Source of the DNA: a virus
DNA: 64,000 bases
IMG/VR virus record: IMGVR_UViG_3300042889_002115
Coordinates: 34,930 to 98,929 of that record
Reading direction: 5' to 3' (one strand)
In this document: one piece after another, positions 26,846-37,364 of the stretch
How positions within the stretch are numbered: position 1 is the first letter of the stretch
How the letters are laid out: each line of letters starts with the position of its first letter
Notes under the pieces: generated by a model
The model's input: only the letters and a program-made list of their open reading frames with translations
What the model was told of the DNA's origin: nothing
Database searches by the model: none
Translations under genes and position numbers: made by a program

Positions 26846-29152
26846 ATGGCACAGCAAACGATCAATGTAGGCAACGTAGCAAACGATGGGCAAGGCGATC
26901 CTGTCCGTACTGCTTTTGAAAAAACAAACAGCAATTTTACTGAACTTTTTAATATTGGTGGTATTTCGGGTATTGCCAATGGCACTTCAAACATTCAAAT
27001 TGTTGAAGATTCCACTGTGAGTGTAAGTGCCGCCAACGTGGCCAACGTGTTTGTGGTTTCAGGGACCGGAGCAACAGTAAAAGGCACATTGGTAGCCAAT
27101 ACCACAATTTCTGCCACAGGCAACATCACATCAGGCGGTTTGTTCTTTGGCAACGGATCCCAGCTGACTGGCGTGGTTGCAAGTGCTCCGGCTGCGCTGA
27201 TCACAGGAAACACACTCAGTGCCAACGTGATAAATTCAAGTTTGGTCACTGTGGGGACATTGACTTCGTTGTTGGTATCAGGCAATGCCACAGGCGGCAA
27301 CTTGACTTCTAGCGGTGTTGTTACTGCATCTGGCAACATCTCTGGACAAAACATTGTGACCAATGGCACTGTGAGTGCAGCAGGCAACGTCACTGGCAGC
27401 AACATTGTCACAGCAGGTCAGGTCAACAGCACAGGCAACATCACCAGCCTGGGCAACATCACCGCCAGCTACTTCATCGGCGATGGCAGTTTGTTAAGCA
27501 ATGTCAGTGGCAGCGGTGGCGGCTCTAATGCACAGCTACTGACCGGAAGCACACTGAGTTCAAACGTGGTCAACTCTGTTCTACAAACAGTAGGCGACCT
27601 AAACAGTTTGGTGGTCAGCAATGCCCTGGGCGGCACTGGCAATATTGCCAGCAACAATATCAGTGCGGCAGCCAGCATGATTGCAACCGGCAACATCACA
27701 GGCGGCAACATTATTAGTCTTGGCACAGTGTCCACTGTGACTATCACAGCTCTGGGCGAAATACAATGCGACAATGTGATTGCCAATACCACCGCAGGCA
27801 CAGTGGCAGGCAATCTAGTGGCTGCAACCAGTTTGATTACCACATCAGTGTTGAGTGCTTCGGGCAACATCACAGGTGGCAATGTGGCCACAGCCGGACG
27901 AATAATTGCCACAGGCAACATCACAGGTGGCAACTTGATTGGTGCAATTGCTACTGCCAGTCAGACTGCTATCACAGCAATTGGTACACTGGGCAGTCTA
28001 AACGTAACAGGCAATATTGCCGGTGGGAATATCTCCTTGGGCGGAGAAGTTGTGGCCACAGCCAACGTCAGCGGCGGCAACGTGATCAGCGGCGGCCTAA
28101 TCAGTGCAGCAGGAGCAGTAACTGTGGTGGGCAACGTCACCGGCGGTAACATCAGCACAGCTGGCCTGATCACTGTGGTGGGCAACGTCACCGGCGGCAA
28201 CATCAGCACAGCAGGTCAGGTCAGTGCCACCGGTGCCATCACAGGCGGCAGTTTGACAGTGAACGGTGCCACTGTGATTGCTGGCAACTTGACTGTGACC
28301 GGCAATACTTTTTACACCAACGTTGAGACCCTGGCCATTCAGGATCCTATTATTAGCCTAGGCAACGGTGCTAACAATGCTCCACTGATTAGCAACGACA
28401 GCAAGGATCGCGGAACTGCTCTGCAGTATTATGACACTGCTGCAAGAACAGCATTTGTGGGCTACGACAATAGTGTAAACAAACTGGTTGCTGCAGTTCG
28501 AGTCAACATTACCAACGAAGTGATCACTGTGAGTAGTTACGGCACACTGGTAGTGGGCACACTAGAAGGCAGCAATGTCAGCGTCACAGGCGATGTCAAT
28601 GCTGGCAATGTGGTATCTGTAGGATTTGTACAGTCAGCCACAGTTTCTGCGTCAGGCAACGTCACTGGCGGCAATGTCGTCACCAGCGGCCTGATCAGTG
28701 CAGGAGGCACTGTCAGTGCAACAGGCAACGTCACCGGCGGCAACATAAGAACAGCAGGTTCAGTCAGTGCCACAGGAACCGTCATAGGCGGCCTAATCAG
28801 TGCAACAGGCAACGTCACCGGTGCTCAGTTCAATGGATCTGGTGCAGGTCTAACATCAATTCCTGGTGCCCAGGTCACAGGCACTGTGCCTAGTGCAACC
28901 ACCGCCTCCACCGCAGGATCAGCAACCACCGCAGGATCAGCAACCACAGCAGGATCAGCAACCACCGCAACCACAGCAGGCACAGTGACCACAGCGGCAC
29001 AGCCCAATATTACCAGCCTGGGTTCGTTGATCAGCTTGATCATACCAGTATCAAGTTTTGATCCAGCAAGTCCAGCCGTTGGGCAATTCTATTACAACAC
29101 CTTTACTGGCGGCCTTAGACTCTGGACCGGCAGCGTCTGGGATAACGTTTAA
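26846..29152 (+). CDS. Long beta-repeat tail fibre/structural protein
   Basis: T4 gp9/10-like start INVG..ANDG.GD..R.AF.K.N.NF.EL; many SATGNVTGGNI repeats; SATTAG repeats. Confidence 0.8.
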   Translation: MAQQTINVGNVANDGQGDPVRTAFEKTNSNFTELFNIGGISGIANGTSNIQIVEDSTVSVSAANVANVFVVSGTGATVKGTLVANTTISATGNITSGGLFFGNGSQLTGVVASAPAALITGNTLSANVINSSLVTVGTLTSLLVSGNATGGNLTSSGVVTASGNISGQNIVTNGTVSAAGNVTGSNIVTAGQVNSTGNITSLGNITASYFIGDGSLLSNVSGSGGGSNAQLLTGSTLSSNVVNSVLQTVGDLNSLVVSNALGGTGNIASNNISAAASMIATGNITGGNIISLGTVSTVTITALGEIQCDNVIANTTAGTVAGNLVAATSLITTSVLSASGNITGGNVATAGRIIATGNITGGNLIGAIATASQTAITAIGTLGSLNVTGNIAGGNISLGGEVVATANVSGGNVISGGLISAAGAVTVVGNVTGGNISTAGLITVVGNVTGGNISTAGQVSATGAITGGSLTVNGATVIAGNLTVTGNTFYTNVETLAIQDPIISLGNGANNAPLISNDSKDRGTALQYYDTAARTAFVGYDNSVNKLVAAVRVNITNEVITVSSYGTLVVGTLEGSNVSVTGDVNAGNVVSVGFVQSATVSASGNVTGGNVVTSGLISAGGTVSATGNVTGGNIRTAGSVSATGTVIGGLISATGNVTGAQFNGSGAGLTSIPGAQVTGTVPSATTASTAGSATTAGSATTAGSATTATTAGTVTTAAQPNITSLGSLISLIIPVSSFDPASPAVGQFYYNTFTGGLRLWTGSVWDNV

Positions 29153-29160
29153 AATATAGT

Positions 29161-32100
29161 ATGGCACAACCAATCTGGATCACGCCAGCTGGCAACCTAG
29201 GAGTCATACCCGAAGGTGTGTTTTTTCAGCTGATTCTTGAAGCAGCAGACGCCGATCTTGGCGGAGTCACGTTTTCTTTAATTGCAGGCAGTTTGCCAGC
29301 AGGTATTCAAATCACAGCCAACGGTAGTATTACTGGTGTACCAGTTGCTGCAGCACGACTACAAGGTGTACCACTAGATGTAAGTGCAGATGTAACCAGC
29401 AAATTCACCATACGTGCTAGCAGTCAAGACCTGCTGCCGCGTGTGCGAGACCGAACATTTGAAATAACCATTACTGGTGACGAGGCTCCTGAATTTACCA
29501 CACCCTCAGGTAGTCTAGGAACATTTTACGATGGTGACCAACTCAATATTCAAATAAATTACACAGACACAGATGCTGCTGACACTGTGATTGTTAGACT
29601 GGTTGATGGAGAACTGCCCGGGGGTATCACTGTGAGTCCAACTGGGTTGATTTCAGGTTATATACAACCAGCAGCAGATGTAAATGAGCCAGCAGGATAT
29701 GATGTTACTCCCATCTATACTTTGCCCTATGACTTTGTGGTCAGTGCTATCAACAAGAACTATCAATTCACGCTGGAAGTCACAGACGGCCGTAATAATA
29801 ATCTGCGTACATTTGAATTCTTTGTGTATGACCGAACCACAATCACAGCAGACAACACCACAATCACAGCAGACAACACAGTGGTCACTGCAGATGAAAC
29901 CACAGAGCGTCGCCCGTTTATCATCAATTCAGAACCCAGCAATTTGGGACTGGTCCGAGGCGACAACTACTATGCTTATCAATTTATTGGCAACGACTAT
30001 GACACTCCTGACATACGTTATGCTATCTCAGTAAATCAAGGTTCAGGTTTGCCATCTGGACTTGTACTGGATCCAGTAACTGGCTGGTATTACGGTTATA
30101 TTCCAGATCAAGGTGTCACTGAAGTTGACTACAGTTTCAACATTGTGGCCTATCAGGAAGAATTTGTGAGCAGTATCACATGCTCAGCAACCACATTTGG
30201 CACCAATCGTATCACTTGTGCCAGCACAGAATCAATTGGTCCAGGACAGCCACTGATATTCACAGGCACTGCATTTGGCGGCATTGTTGCAGCACCCATT
30301 CAAGTGTACTATGTGTTAGCGGTGGTCAACTCCACACAGTTCACAGTGACTGAACGTTTGACTTCAACCACAGCAGTCACGTTGACCACCGCAGCAGGAA
30401 CCATGACTGCCAACTTGATTGTGGCCAGTGATCCCTACCCCTACACTATAACTCTTGCTGGTGATATTGATGCTGAAGTCGCCTGGCTAACCAATGCAGA
30501 TCTTGGCGTGCTAGACAACGGAGATATTAGTCTGCTTCAGGTAGAAGCGGTAAATCGTGGTGGCCGAACTCTGTTGTATCGACTTGAGAGTGGTGCATTC
30601 AATGAACTGCCGCAAGGACTAGAACTATTGCCCACTGGAGAAATTTCTGGTCGTGTGAGCTTCAACACCTTTGCCATTGATCTGGGCCATACCACATTTG
30701 ACCAGGATACCACCTGGGATAGCACCTTTAGATTTACAGTGAATGCCTATGCTCAAGACACTGAGCAATTGCTATATGATGTTGAAAGTGTGCTTGTAGT
30801 CAACGGCGGCACGGGCTACAGCAGCGTTAATCTACCAGCAATTGAATTCAGTTCTCCAGTGGGAGCATCAGCATTTCCGGCACAAGCGGGCAACGTCACA
30901 GTGATTGGCAGCTCTATTGCTACAGTAGAATTGATCAGTTCTGGTGAAGGCTACAGTTCTCCTGCTATAATCACAATCACTGAAGGATTTGGTGGCACAG
31001 GTGCAGTGCTAGAATCAGTCATGCGTGTGACTGGCATTAGAGACGTAGTATCTGTGTTCAAAGAATTTGTTGTGAAAGTTCAAAGAGAATACAACAAACC
31101 GTATCAGAATCTTGAGGTGCAGGCCATGCCTCCGGCCAACGATCGTGAGTTGATTGCTGAACTATTGACCAACAACAATATTTTTGTTCCTGATTACATA
31201 TTTAGACCCACAGATCCTTATTTTGGCAAGTCTGATCGAGTGGTGTATCAACATGCATTTGGTCTAGATCCTGAAACCCAAGATCTGTATGTGGAAAGCT
31301 TGTATCTCAATCACTACTGGAAAGAACTAGTACTGGGTTCCATCGAAACTGCCCAAGCACTGGATGCACAAGGCAATGTGGTCTATGAAGTGGTTTATAG
31401 CCGTGTGATTGATAATCTAGTGAACAATCAAGGTCAGAGTGTTGGCAAGATTGTGAACCTGTCTTACCCAATCACGGATCCTGGTGACGGTAGTACCGAA
31501 CTCACGCAAGTGTACCCCAACAGCTTGGCCAACATGCGAGATCAAGTGATTGATGTGGTAGGACAAATATCTACCAAATTGCCTCTATGGATGACGTCAA
31601 AACAAACTGATGGACGAGTGTTGGGCTTTACTCCAGCCTGGGTCTTATGTTATACACAACCTGATCGAGCTCGACAGATTGCATACTATATTGCCACTCA
31701 GTTTGGTCAGCAATTGAACCGTGTGGACTTCAAAGTCGATCGATATATCCTAGGAACTGATCTCAGTCGCAACTGGGATCCTGTAACTCAACGTTGGACT
31801 CCAACGCCAAATCTAACCACATTTGACAGATTTGGCACCGGCAACAACACATTTATCGGCACAGTGGACATTGCCACAGACTTGGCCTACAGTGACGTCA
31901 ACAACCGTACCCTAGATTATATCAATGCCCTGGGCGGCCTTGACGGAGTGATATTAGGCATCAACAACGACACCTTGATCTTTGTCAAACAGCAAGATTA
32001 CAACGGCCCTCCGGGCAGCAATTATCCCAACACCGATGACGCTTGGCAGGATTACCTGTATCCTTATGACAGCATAGGCTACGATCTGGGCACAACAGAA

Positions 32101-32466
32101 TTTGACGAAGCAGTCACCGTGCCCAATGGCGACGAATCCAGTCTAAATGATCGAATGGCCATCTATACTATTAGTGTAGATCCTGTGACTGAATTTGTGA
32201 CCTTGACCTTGACCACTCTCACAGAACCCGACGACTTTGTGCAAGTCTCACGCGGTAATTTCTACCGAAGTGCACAACTACGGCACCCCACGGCACCTGC
32301 TGTGGGATTGACTGAAATCAGTTGGGTGCCGTTGGAAACCGTGGTAACTGAAGAAACATTCTTTGACGAAGGCAGTGTGGCGTTCACTGAACCTGTGGAT
32401 ATGTACGATCCAACCGATCAGTTCGATAAATATCTTGTATTCCCCAAAGCCAACATATTGGCCTAA
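29161..32466 (+). CDS. Large structural (baseplate-like) protein with Ig-like repeats
   Basis: P.W.TP.G.LG and G.LP.GL.L...G.I.G repeats; 1101 aa; within late cluster. Confidence 0.7.
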   Translation: MAQPIWITPAGNLGVIPEGVFFQLILEAADADLGGVTFSLIAGSLPAGIQITANGSITGVPVAAARLQGVPLDVSADVTSKFTIRASSQDLLPRVRDRTFEITITGDEAPEFTTPSGSLGTFYDGDQLNIQINYTDTDAADTVIVRLVDGELPGGITVSPTGLISGYIQPAADVNEPAGYDVTPIYTLPYDFVVSAINKNYQFTLEVTDGRNNNLRTFEFFVYDRTTITADNTTITADNTVVTADETTERRPFIINSEPSNLGLVRGDNYYAYQFIGNDYDTPDIRYAISVNQGSGLPSGLVLDPVTGWYYGYIPDQGVTEVDYSFNIVAYQEEFVSSITCSATTFGTNRITCASTESIGPGQPLIFTGTAFGGIVAAPIQVYYVLAVVNSTQFTVTERLTSTTAVTLTTAAGTMTANLIVASDPYPYTITLAGDIDAEVAWLTNADLGVLDNGDISLLQVEAVNRGGRTLLYRLESGAFNELPQGLELLPTGEISGRVSFNTFAIDLGHTTFDQDTTWDSTFRFTVNAYAQDTEQLLYDVESVLVVNGGTGYSSVNLPAIEFSSPVGASAFPAQAGNVTVIGSSIATVELISSGEGYSSPAIITITEGFGGTGAVLESVMRVTGIRDVVSVFKEFVVKVQREYNKPYQNLEVQAMPPANDRELIAELLTNNNIFVPDYIFRPTDPYFGKSDRVVYQHAFGLDPETQDLYVESLYLNHYWKELVLGSIETAQALDAQGNVVYEVVYSRVIDNLVNNQGQSVGKIVNLSYPITDPGDGSTELTQVYPNSLANMRDQVIDVVGQISTKLPLWMTSKQTDGRVLGFTPAWVLCYTQPDRARQIAYYIATQFGQQLNRVDFKVDRYILGTDLSRNWDPVTQRWTPTPNLTTFDRFGTGNNTFIGTVDIATDLAYSDVNNRTLDYINALGGLDGVILGINNDTLIFVKQQDYNGPPGSNYPNTDDAWQDYLYPYDSIGYDLGTTEFDEAVTVPNGDESSLNDRMAIYTISVDPVTEFVTLTLTTLTEPDDFVQVSRGNFYRSAQLRHPTAPAVGLTEISWVPLETVVTEETFFDEGSVAFTEPVDMYDPTDQFDKYLVFPKANILA

Positions 32467-32478
32467 TCAGGACCCCAA

Positions 32479-33357
32479 ATGACCAGTCAAATCAACCCCA
32501 ACAACATTGACACTGCTTATCCAGTGGCAGGCCAAGACAACAACACACAAGGTTTTCGTGACAATTTCACGTTTATCAAAAACAACTTCACAGCGGCTGC
32601 TAGTGAAATCACTGTGTTGCAAAACACTGGTGCTGTAAAAGGATCAACTGCTGTAAACGATTTTGGTGGTGGGCTGATATACGATGCAAAAATACAAGAC
32701 TTAGCAGCAACGGCTGTAAATCTTGGATCAGTAACAGGCACAGTCACTATCAACTATGCTGCTGGGCACTACCAACAAATGAGCACATCAGGCAGTATCA
32801 CCATTGCGTTAGATGCTGCCAGTTTGCCACCTATCGGTCGTTATGGATTTGTTCGACTGGAAATCACAGCAAGCAGTGCTGCACACACAGTGACCTTGCC
32901 CGGTTCAGTGACCATAAACCGCAGTGGTATCCAAGGCCTCAACGTGTCAACCAATGTGATCACTTTTGCTGCTGCTGGAGTTTATACATTTGACTTTACC
33001 ACTGTAAACACTGGGTCAACTGTGACTGTGAATGAAACCAACAACCAGCTACAGCCTTTCAACAATTCCAGCGAAGACCTTGCGGCCAGTGCTGCTGCAA
33101 GCCTGGTTACAACTGCTAGTTATTTCACTACTGCTGCTGCTGAAACTGCTACTCTAGCAGCCGGCGTAGAAGGACAGATCAAAACTTTTGCAATGTATGC
33201 TGACAGCGGTGACATGGTTATTACTGTGACCAATGCAGGATGGAAAACGTCAGGCACAGGTACTATAACATTCGACACTATTGGTGATGCTTGTACTCTG
33301 CAATACATCAATGCCAAGTGGTTCTGTATTGGCAACAACGGCTGTGTGTTTGCTTAA
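32479..33357 (+). CDS. Structural protein (paralog of 33377..34858)
   Basis: M.SQINPNNID..YPVA.QDNN.QGFRDNF; TAAATA at 32427. Confidence 0.75.
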   Translation: MTSQINPNNIDTAYPVAGQDNNTQGFRDNFTFIKNNFTAAASEITVLQNTGAVKGSTAVNDFGGGLIYDAKIQDLAATAVNLGSVTGTVTINYAAGHYQQMSTSGSITIALDAASLPPIGRYGFVRLEITASSAAHTVTLPGSVTINRSGIQGLNVSTNVITFAAAGVYTFDFTTVNTGSTVTVNETNNQLQPFNNSSEDLAASAAASLVTTASYFTTAAAETATLAAGVEGQIKTFAMYADSGDMVITVTNAGWKTSGTGTITFDTIGDACTLQYINAKWFCIGNNGCVFA

Positions 33358-33376
33358 ATATCTCAAGGAATAACAA

Positions 33377-34858
33377 ATGCCCAGTCAAATTAATCCCAAC
33401 AACATCGACGGTTCGTATCCAGTTGCCAACCAAGACAATAACTCACAAGGCTTCAGAGACAACTTTACCAACATCAAGGTAAACTTTCAAGATGCTGCAG
33501 GTGAAATCACTGACCTACAAAACAAGGCCGTTCTCAAAGCTGCCCTAATTGGTGATGTGTTAGACAACAACATGAATGATGCACTGTTGTATGCTGCCCG
33601 CATACAAGATTTTTCAGCAACCAAAGTGACCATTGGAACCACTACTGGAGCCATTGCTGTGAACTATACTTTGGGCCACTATCAAGGAATCAGCACCACA
33701 GGCAGTATCACTTTAAGTTTTACTAACTTTCCTCCGTCAGGTATGTATGGCTATATCAAACTGCAGATCAACATTACCAATATTGCACACACAGTGACTT
33801 TGCCTGCTGCGGTGAGTCTTGGCCTCTCAGGTCTACAGGGATATGCAGCTGGCACAATCACGTTTGGTGCCACTGGTGTTTATGAATTTGCATTTGGAAC
33901 CTATGACGCTGGTGCTATTATTACCATATTTGACTTGAACCGTGCACTGACCAATTTTAGCACAGGTAATCTTTCAGTGGGCACATTGAGTGCTACCACA
34001 GCCACTATTAGTGGCAACTTCTCAGCAGGTAACATCAGCACAGGTGGCCTGATCACCGCCACAGGCAACGTCACAGGCGGCAATGTGGCCACTGCAGGCC
34101 AAATAACTGCCACCGGAAACATTGTGGGTGGTAACATTACCACAGCTGGTGCTGTGAGTGCAACTGGTGCCGTGAGTGGGTTGACAGTGGCAGGATTTGT
34201 GCGTCCCACTGCTGGATCTGCCAGCCAAGCACCTGTGGTTTTGACTGCTGGTACCAATACCAGTGTGGCCACAGCAGGTGCCGTGGAATACAACGGCAGT
34301 GTGTTTTTTGCATCGCCAGCAGCATCTCAACGTGGCTTGATGCCAGCAGAATATCTAGTGGCCCTGGCATCAAACTACACTGGCATTGATTCTTCTGGTG
34401 CACAAAAAGTGTTTAACCTGCCTGCTGATGGAGCCATTGCTGTTCTGGCCAACACCACTTACATGATCGAAGGCTTGTATATTGTGGCGCCTGCCATCAA
34501 CTTCAACGCTGAATCCTTGCAGACTTTGTTTGCGTTAAGTGGTGGTGCTACACTGACTAGTATCAGATATGTTGCAGATTCTAGCACAGGCCTGGCAAGT
34601 GCCAGCAGTGCACTCACACGCCGCCAAGTTGCCACAGCCAGTGCTACCACAGTGACCAGTGCAGCACCAGGTGGTGCAGCAACCAATTTTGTGGTGCAAC
34701 TTCGCGGCGTAATACGAACCAACGCTGCTGGCACACTGACCCCGCAGTTTCAGTTGACAGGCACACCCGGTTCCGCTCCTGTGGTGCAGGCCAACAGTTT
34801 CTTTAGATTAGTTCCCATTGGTTCAGGATCTGCAACCACAATTGGTGCTTGGACCTGA
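33377..34858 (+). CDS. Structural protein with fibre-like C-terminus
   Basis: Same N-terminus as the upstream paralog, plus GNVTGGN repeats; TAAATA at 33355. Confidence 0.75.
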   Translation: MPSQINPNNIDGSYPVANQDNNSQGFRDNFTNIKVNFQDAAGEITDLQNKAVLKAALIGDVLDNNMNDALLYAARIQDFSATKVTIGTTTGAIAVNYTLGHYQGISTTGSITLSFTNFPPSGMYGYIKLQINITNIAHTVTLPAAVSLGLSGLQGYAAGTITFGATGVYEFAFGTYDAGAIITIFDLNRALTNFSTGNLSVGTLSATTATISGNFSAGNISTGGLITATGNVTGGNVATAGQITATGNIVGGNITTAGAVSATGAVSGLTVAGFVRPTAGSASQAPVVLTAGTNTSVATAGAVEYNGSVFFASPAASQRGLMPAEYLVALASNYTGIDSSGAQKVFNLPADGAIAVLANTTYMIEGLYIVAPAINFNAESLQTLFALSGGATLTSIRYVADSSTGLASASSALTRRQVATASATTVTSAAPGGAATNFVVQLRGVIRTNAAGTLTPQFQLTGTPGSAPVVQANSFFRLVPIGSGSATTIGAWT

Positions 34859-34867
34859 TCAAAACTG

Positions 34868-34896
34868 TTGACTTTGCAGTGTCCAGCAGTTATAAT
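34868..34896 (+). promoter_or_regulatory. sigma70 promoter (leaderless geometry)
   Basis: TTGACT-17-TATAAT, 5 nt, ATG 34902. Confidence 0.75.
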
Positions 34897-34901
34897 ATGT
34901 T

Positions 34902-35141
34902 ATGGAACACCCACTCATAGGCAATCTTGACGACCAAAGCACAGATCAACTGACTGCTCAAATCAGTGATCTTTCTCGAAAATTAGGCATTGCTAGCCGA
35001 ACTGGCAATGCCCATTTGTGTAATCAAATCCGCATGGCCTTGGAGAGTTATCAAACCAAGTATCAAGAAAAACTTCAGGCTGACTACAATCGTCGCCTGG
35101 CCGACGCCAAGATTGACACAACCAGGATCGATATACAATGA
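34902..35141 (+). CDS. Small helical hypothetical protein
   Basis: 79 aa ORF after promoter. Confidence 0.7.
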   Translation: MEHPLIGNLDDQSTDQLTAQISDLSRKLGIASRTGNAHLCNQIRMALESYQTKYQEKLQADYNRRLADAKIDTTRIDIQ

Positions 35142-35737
35142 ACGTTAGATTACAAATCAATCTAGAATTTCCTGCTGGCCTCTACATTGGAGATCAACTG
35201 CAACTCAATTGGTATTCAGTCAGTGTGCAGTTATGTACCGCCACAGGAGATCCTGATCAAACCAACACGGCCATGGACCGTCTCAAGACGTTTGTGTACG
35301 CAGAGTTAGCAGACACTGTGTTTATCAATCAAGAAGATGCTGAACGGGCCCAGATGCTGGACTTGTTGGGAATAAACATTACTACTTTGCCCGAAGAACC
35401 TGTTGACCAAATTGTGGGTCTCATGCTACACTGCAAACTAAATGCTGTCATGGAAGATCGCATGATTGTGGAACGCTTGGACATTGCCAGCAGCTTGGGA
35501 GACGATGTGTTTTACCTGCATGAACATGGTGATGCTGTGGGACCATTTCAGGCTGCTGGCTGGTGGTCGGTCAGCGACACCACACACAATTCACTCACAC
35601 CGATTGAAACACACGAAAATGTAGTTCATGTTCCAGTCACTGGTTGGAGCAAATACAATCTAAATTGGCCTGATTCCGCAGGCCCAGAATCGGGAAAAAC
35701 AGTGAGTTTTGGCAAACTAAACAAAAATGCAAACTAA
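35138..35737 (+). CDS. Hypothetical protein, possible remote T-fold (QueD-like)
   Basis: Secondary-structure pattern only (LPEEP.DQI...L..KL...M.V..L.I.S); QueD metal histidines absent. Confidence 0.45.
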   Translation: MNVRLQINLEFPAGLYIGDQLQLNWYSVSVQLCTATGDPDQTNTAMDRLKTFVYAELADTVFINQEDAERAQMLDLLGINITTLPEEPVDQIVGLMLHCKLNAVMEDRMIVERLDIASSLGDDVFYLHEHGDAVGPFQAAGWWSVSDTTHNSLTPIETHENVVHVPVTGWSKYNLNWPDSAGPESGKTVSFGKLNKNAN

Positions 35738-36245
35738 CACTGTGGGCGAAATTGTTCTAGATGAGCAAGATCTTTGTGATCTTGTGATGCAGGGCCGATC
35801 TATTGCTAACCTGAAAAGAGTCACCGTAGATCACTCAGTGGATCTGGAACAACTGATCTTTGTGCTAGAAGACCCTGCTGCCCTGACCTGGACCCGGCCC
35901 GCAGACAGTAATACCAGTGTGTTGGACTGGGACTTGGTACAGCAACAACACTGGCACATGCCCGAACAATATGCTGTGTTAGACATTGCTGCTTATGTAC
36001 TGGGCCTGTGCTCAACTGACGCAGAACTGCAACGGGCCGGGCACGAACTCATGCTGTATCAAGAACGAGGTCTGTTTGATCTTTTGAAATATCTCAAGTA
36101 CCTGGTGGATGTGATGACTGACAATCATGTGATCTGGGGTGTGGGTCGAGGCAGCAGTGTGTCCAGTCATGTGCTATACTTGTTGGGTGTGCACAGAATT
36201 AATTCTATGTTCTATGATTTAGACATAGACGAGTTCCTGCGTTAA
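35727..36245 (+). CDS. DNA polymerase III alpha-like fragment (split DnaE)
   Basis: R...EL..Y....L...L.YLVD......V.WGVGRGSSVSS.VLYLLGV..I......L....FL. Confidence 0.85.
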   Translation: MQTNTVGEIVLDEQDLCDLVMQGRSIANLKRVTVDHSVDLEQLIFVLEDPAALTWTRPADSNTSVLDWDLVQQQHWHMPEQYAVLDIAAYVLGLCSTDAELQRAGHELMLYQERGLFDLLKYLKYLVDVMTDNHVIWGVGRGSSVSSHVLYLLGVHRINSMFYDLDIDEFLR

Positions 36246-36266
36246 ATACTTTTTTAGGAGATAATT

Positions 36267-36479
36267 ATGACCAAAGATATTCATCGATCAGCAAATGGCA
36301 AACAAGTAGATATGGGTTCCTTGCGGCTCCGCAACGAACATGTACGAGCAGTAGGCAACATGCAAGTCAATGCTCGTGGAGACCTAGTGGATGACAAAAA
36401 CCAAGTGATCTCAACCAAGAATCAACAAGTGACTCAAACCTACGACAAACAAGTGACCAATCCCAAAGGCAGCAAATGA
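36267..36479 (+). CDS. Conserved hypothetical protein
   Basis: G..VDM..L...NE...AVGNM.VNARGD; TAAATA 36243 and AGGAG SD. Confidence 0.75.
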   Translation: MTKDIHRSANGKQVDMGSLRLRNEHVRAVGNMQVNARGDLVDDKNQVISTKNQQVTQTYDKQVTNPKGSK

Positions 36480-36877
36480 TCAAAGCAGCATACTCGGCAC
36501 ACAGAATTGATCGTGACAAACTGCGCCCGCTGGGCAAATCGGTGATTGTGAGTGACATGAACTTTGAAGAGCGTATCAGCACTGGCGGTATTATTATCAT
36601 GACCGACAATGGCAAAAGCACAGGTATTAGACCACGCTGGGGTCAAGTGTATGCAGTGGGTCCAGACCAACAGGATGTAAAAGTCCATGACTGGGTGTGT
36701 GTGGAACACGGGCGTTGGACTCGTGGCATAGACATTGAAGATGAAAATGGTAAAATTACTCTACGTCGAGTTGATCCCAAAGACATCATGATGACTGCTG
36801 ATCAAAAGCCAGACGATCTTACTTTCTCTGGAGCAATTCACGTGGAAGCCAAACCCAGTCACATGCAGCACAACTGA
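36476..36877 (+). CDS. groES: GroES/Cpn10-like co-chaperonin
   Basis: LRPLG..VIV......STGGII......G.V.AVGP....VKV.D.V. Confidence 0.8.
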   Translation: MIKAAYSAHRIDRDKLRPLGKSVIVSDMNFEERISTGGIIIMTDNGKSTGIRPRWGQVYAVGPDQQDVKVHDWVCVEHGRWTRGIDIEDENGKITLRRVDPKDIMMTADQKPDDLTFSGAIHVEAKPSHMQHN

Positions 36878-36878
36878 C

Positions 36879-37130
36879 ATGGGATTTCAAACACCCATGG
36901 ACTACAAATCGTTGCATGATCAAATCTGCAAGAGTGGTGCTGAACTTTGCAGCCCTTACAATGACGGATACACCACATGGGAAATCAAAAAAGACCTGTA
37001 CCAGCTGAAATTTTTGCTGGACGAGATCTTGGCCAACTCTCCCACATATTCAGTGGAACCACAGTTTCTAGAGGAACAGTCCAAAAAGAAAATGTGGAAA
37101 ACTCTCACGCAACCACAAGGAAACACATGA
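36879..37130 (+). CDS. Hypothetical protein
   Basis: 83 aa ORF in operon. Confidence 0.65.
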   Translation: MGFQTPMDYKSLHDQICKSGAELCSPYNDGYTTWEIKKDLYQLKFLLDEILANSPTYSVEPQFLEEQSKKKMWKTLTQPQGNT

Positions 37131-37297
37131 TAGATATTCAACCTAAAGACACCAGCCGCGGCCATTTTTATGTTAGCCTTGCAAAGAGTGCTATTCGTAT
37201 TGTGGCAGGCGGATGTTTGATCACAGGCAACTTGCTAATGGCAGGTGTTTGCTTGATTTTAGCCGAAGTGCTTGGCATTGTTGAAGAATTAGTGTGA
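37127..37297 (+). CDS. Small membrane protein
   Basis: HFYVSL.KS.IRI...AEVLGIVEELV; ATGA overlap. Confidence 0.7.
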   Translation: MIDIQPKDTSRGHFYVSLAKSAIRIVAGGCLITGNLLMAGVCLILAEVLGIVEELV

Positions 37298-37364
37298 ATG
37301 TTGCATCAGTTGTTGTTACTGTTTAAAGTACACACATAAATATGGTTATCCCCGGGGCCACATT

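Noticed and set aside
26107-28990. Regular repeats as a possible CRISPR array
   Set aside because: In-frame coding repeats without unique spacers; no cas genes
25149-29043. Many antisense ORFs over the fibre genes
   Set aside because: Expected stop-poor shadows of Gly/Thr/Ala/Asn repeats; no start signals
32479-34858. Paralogous gene pair as DGR template/variable repeats
   Set aside because: Similarity is N-terminal and protein-level, not adenine-specific; no reverse transcriptase in the window
35138-35737. QueD and a 7-deazaguanine DNA modification pathway
   Set aside because: Catalytic His/Cys motifs not seen, and no folE, queC, queE or dpdA in the window
35727-36245. Cyanobacterial-type split-intein DnaE
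   Set aside because: No intein N-terminal block after the polymerase segment
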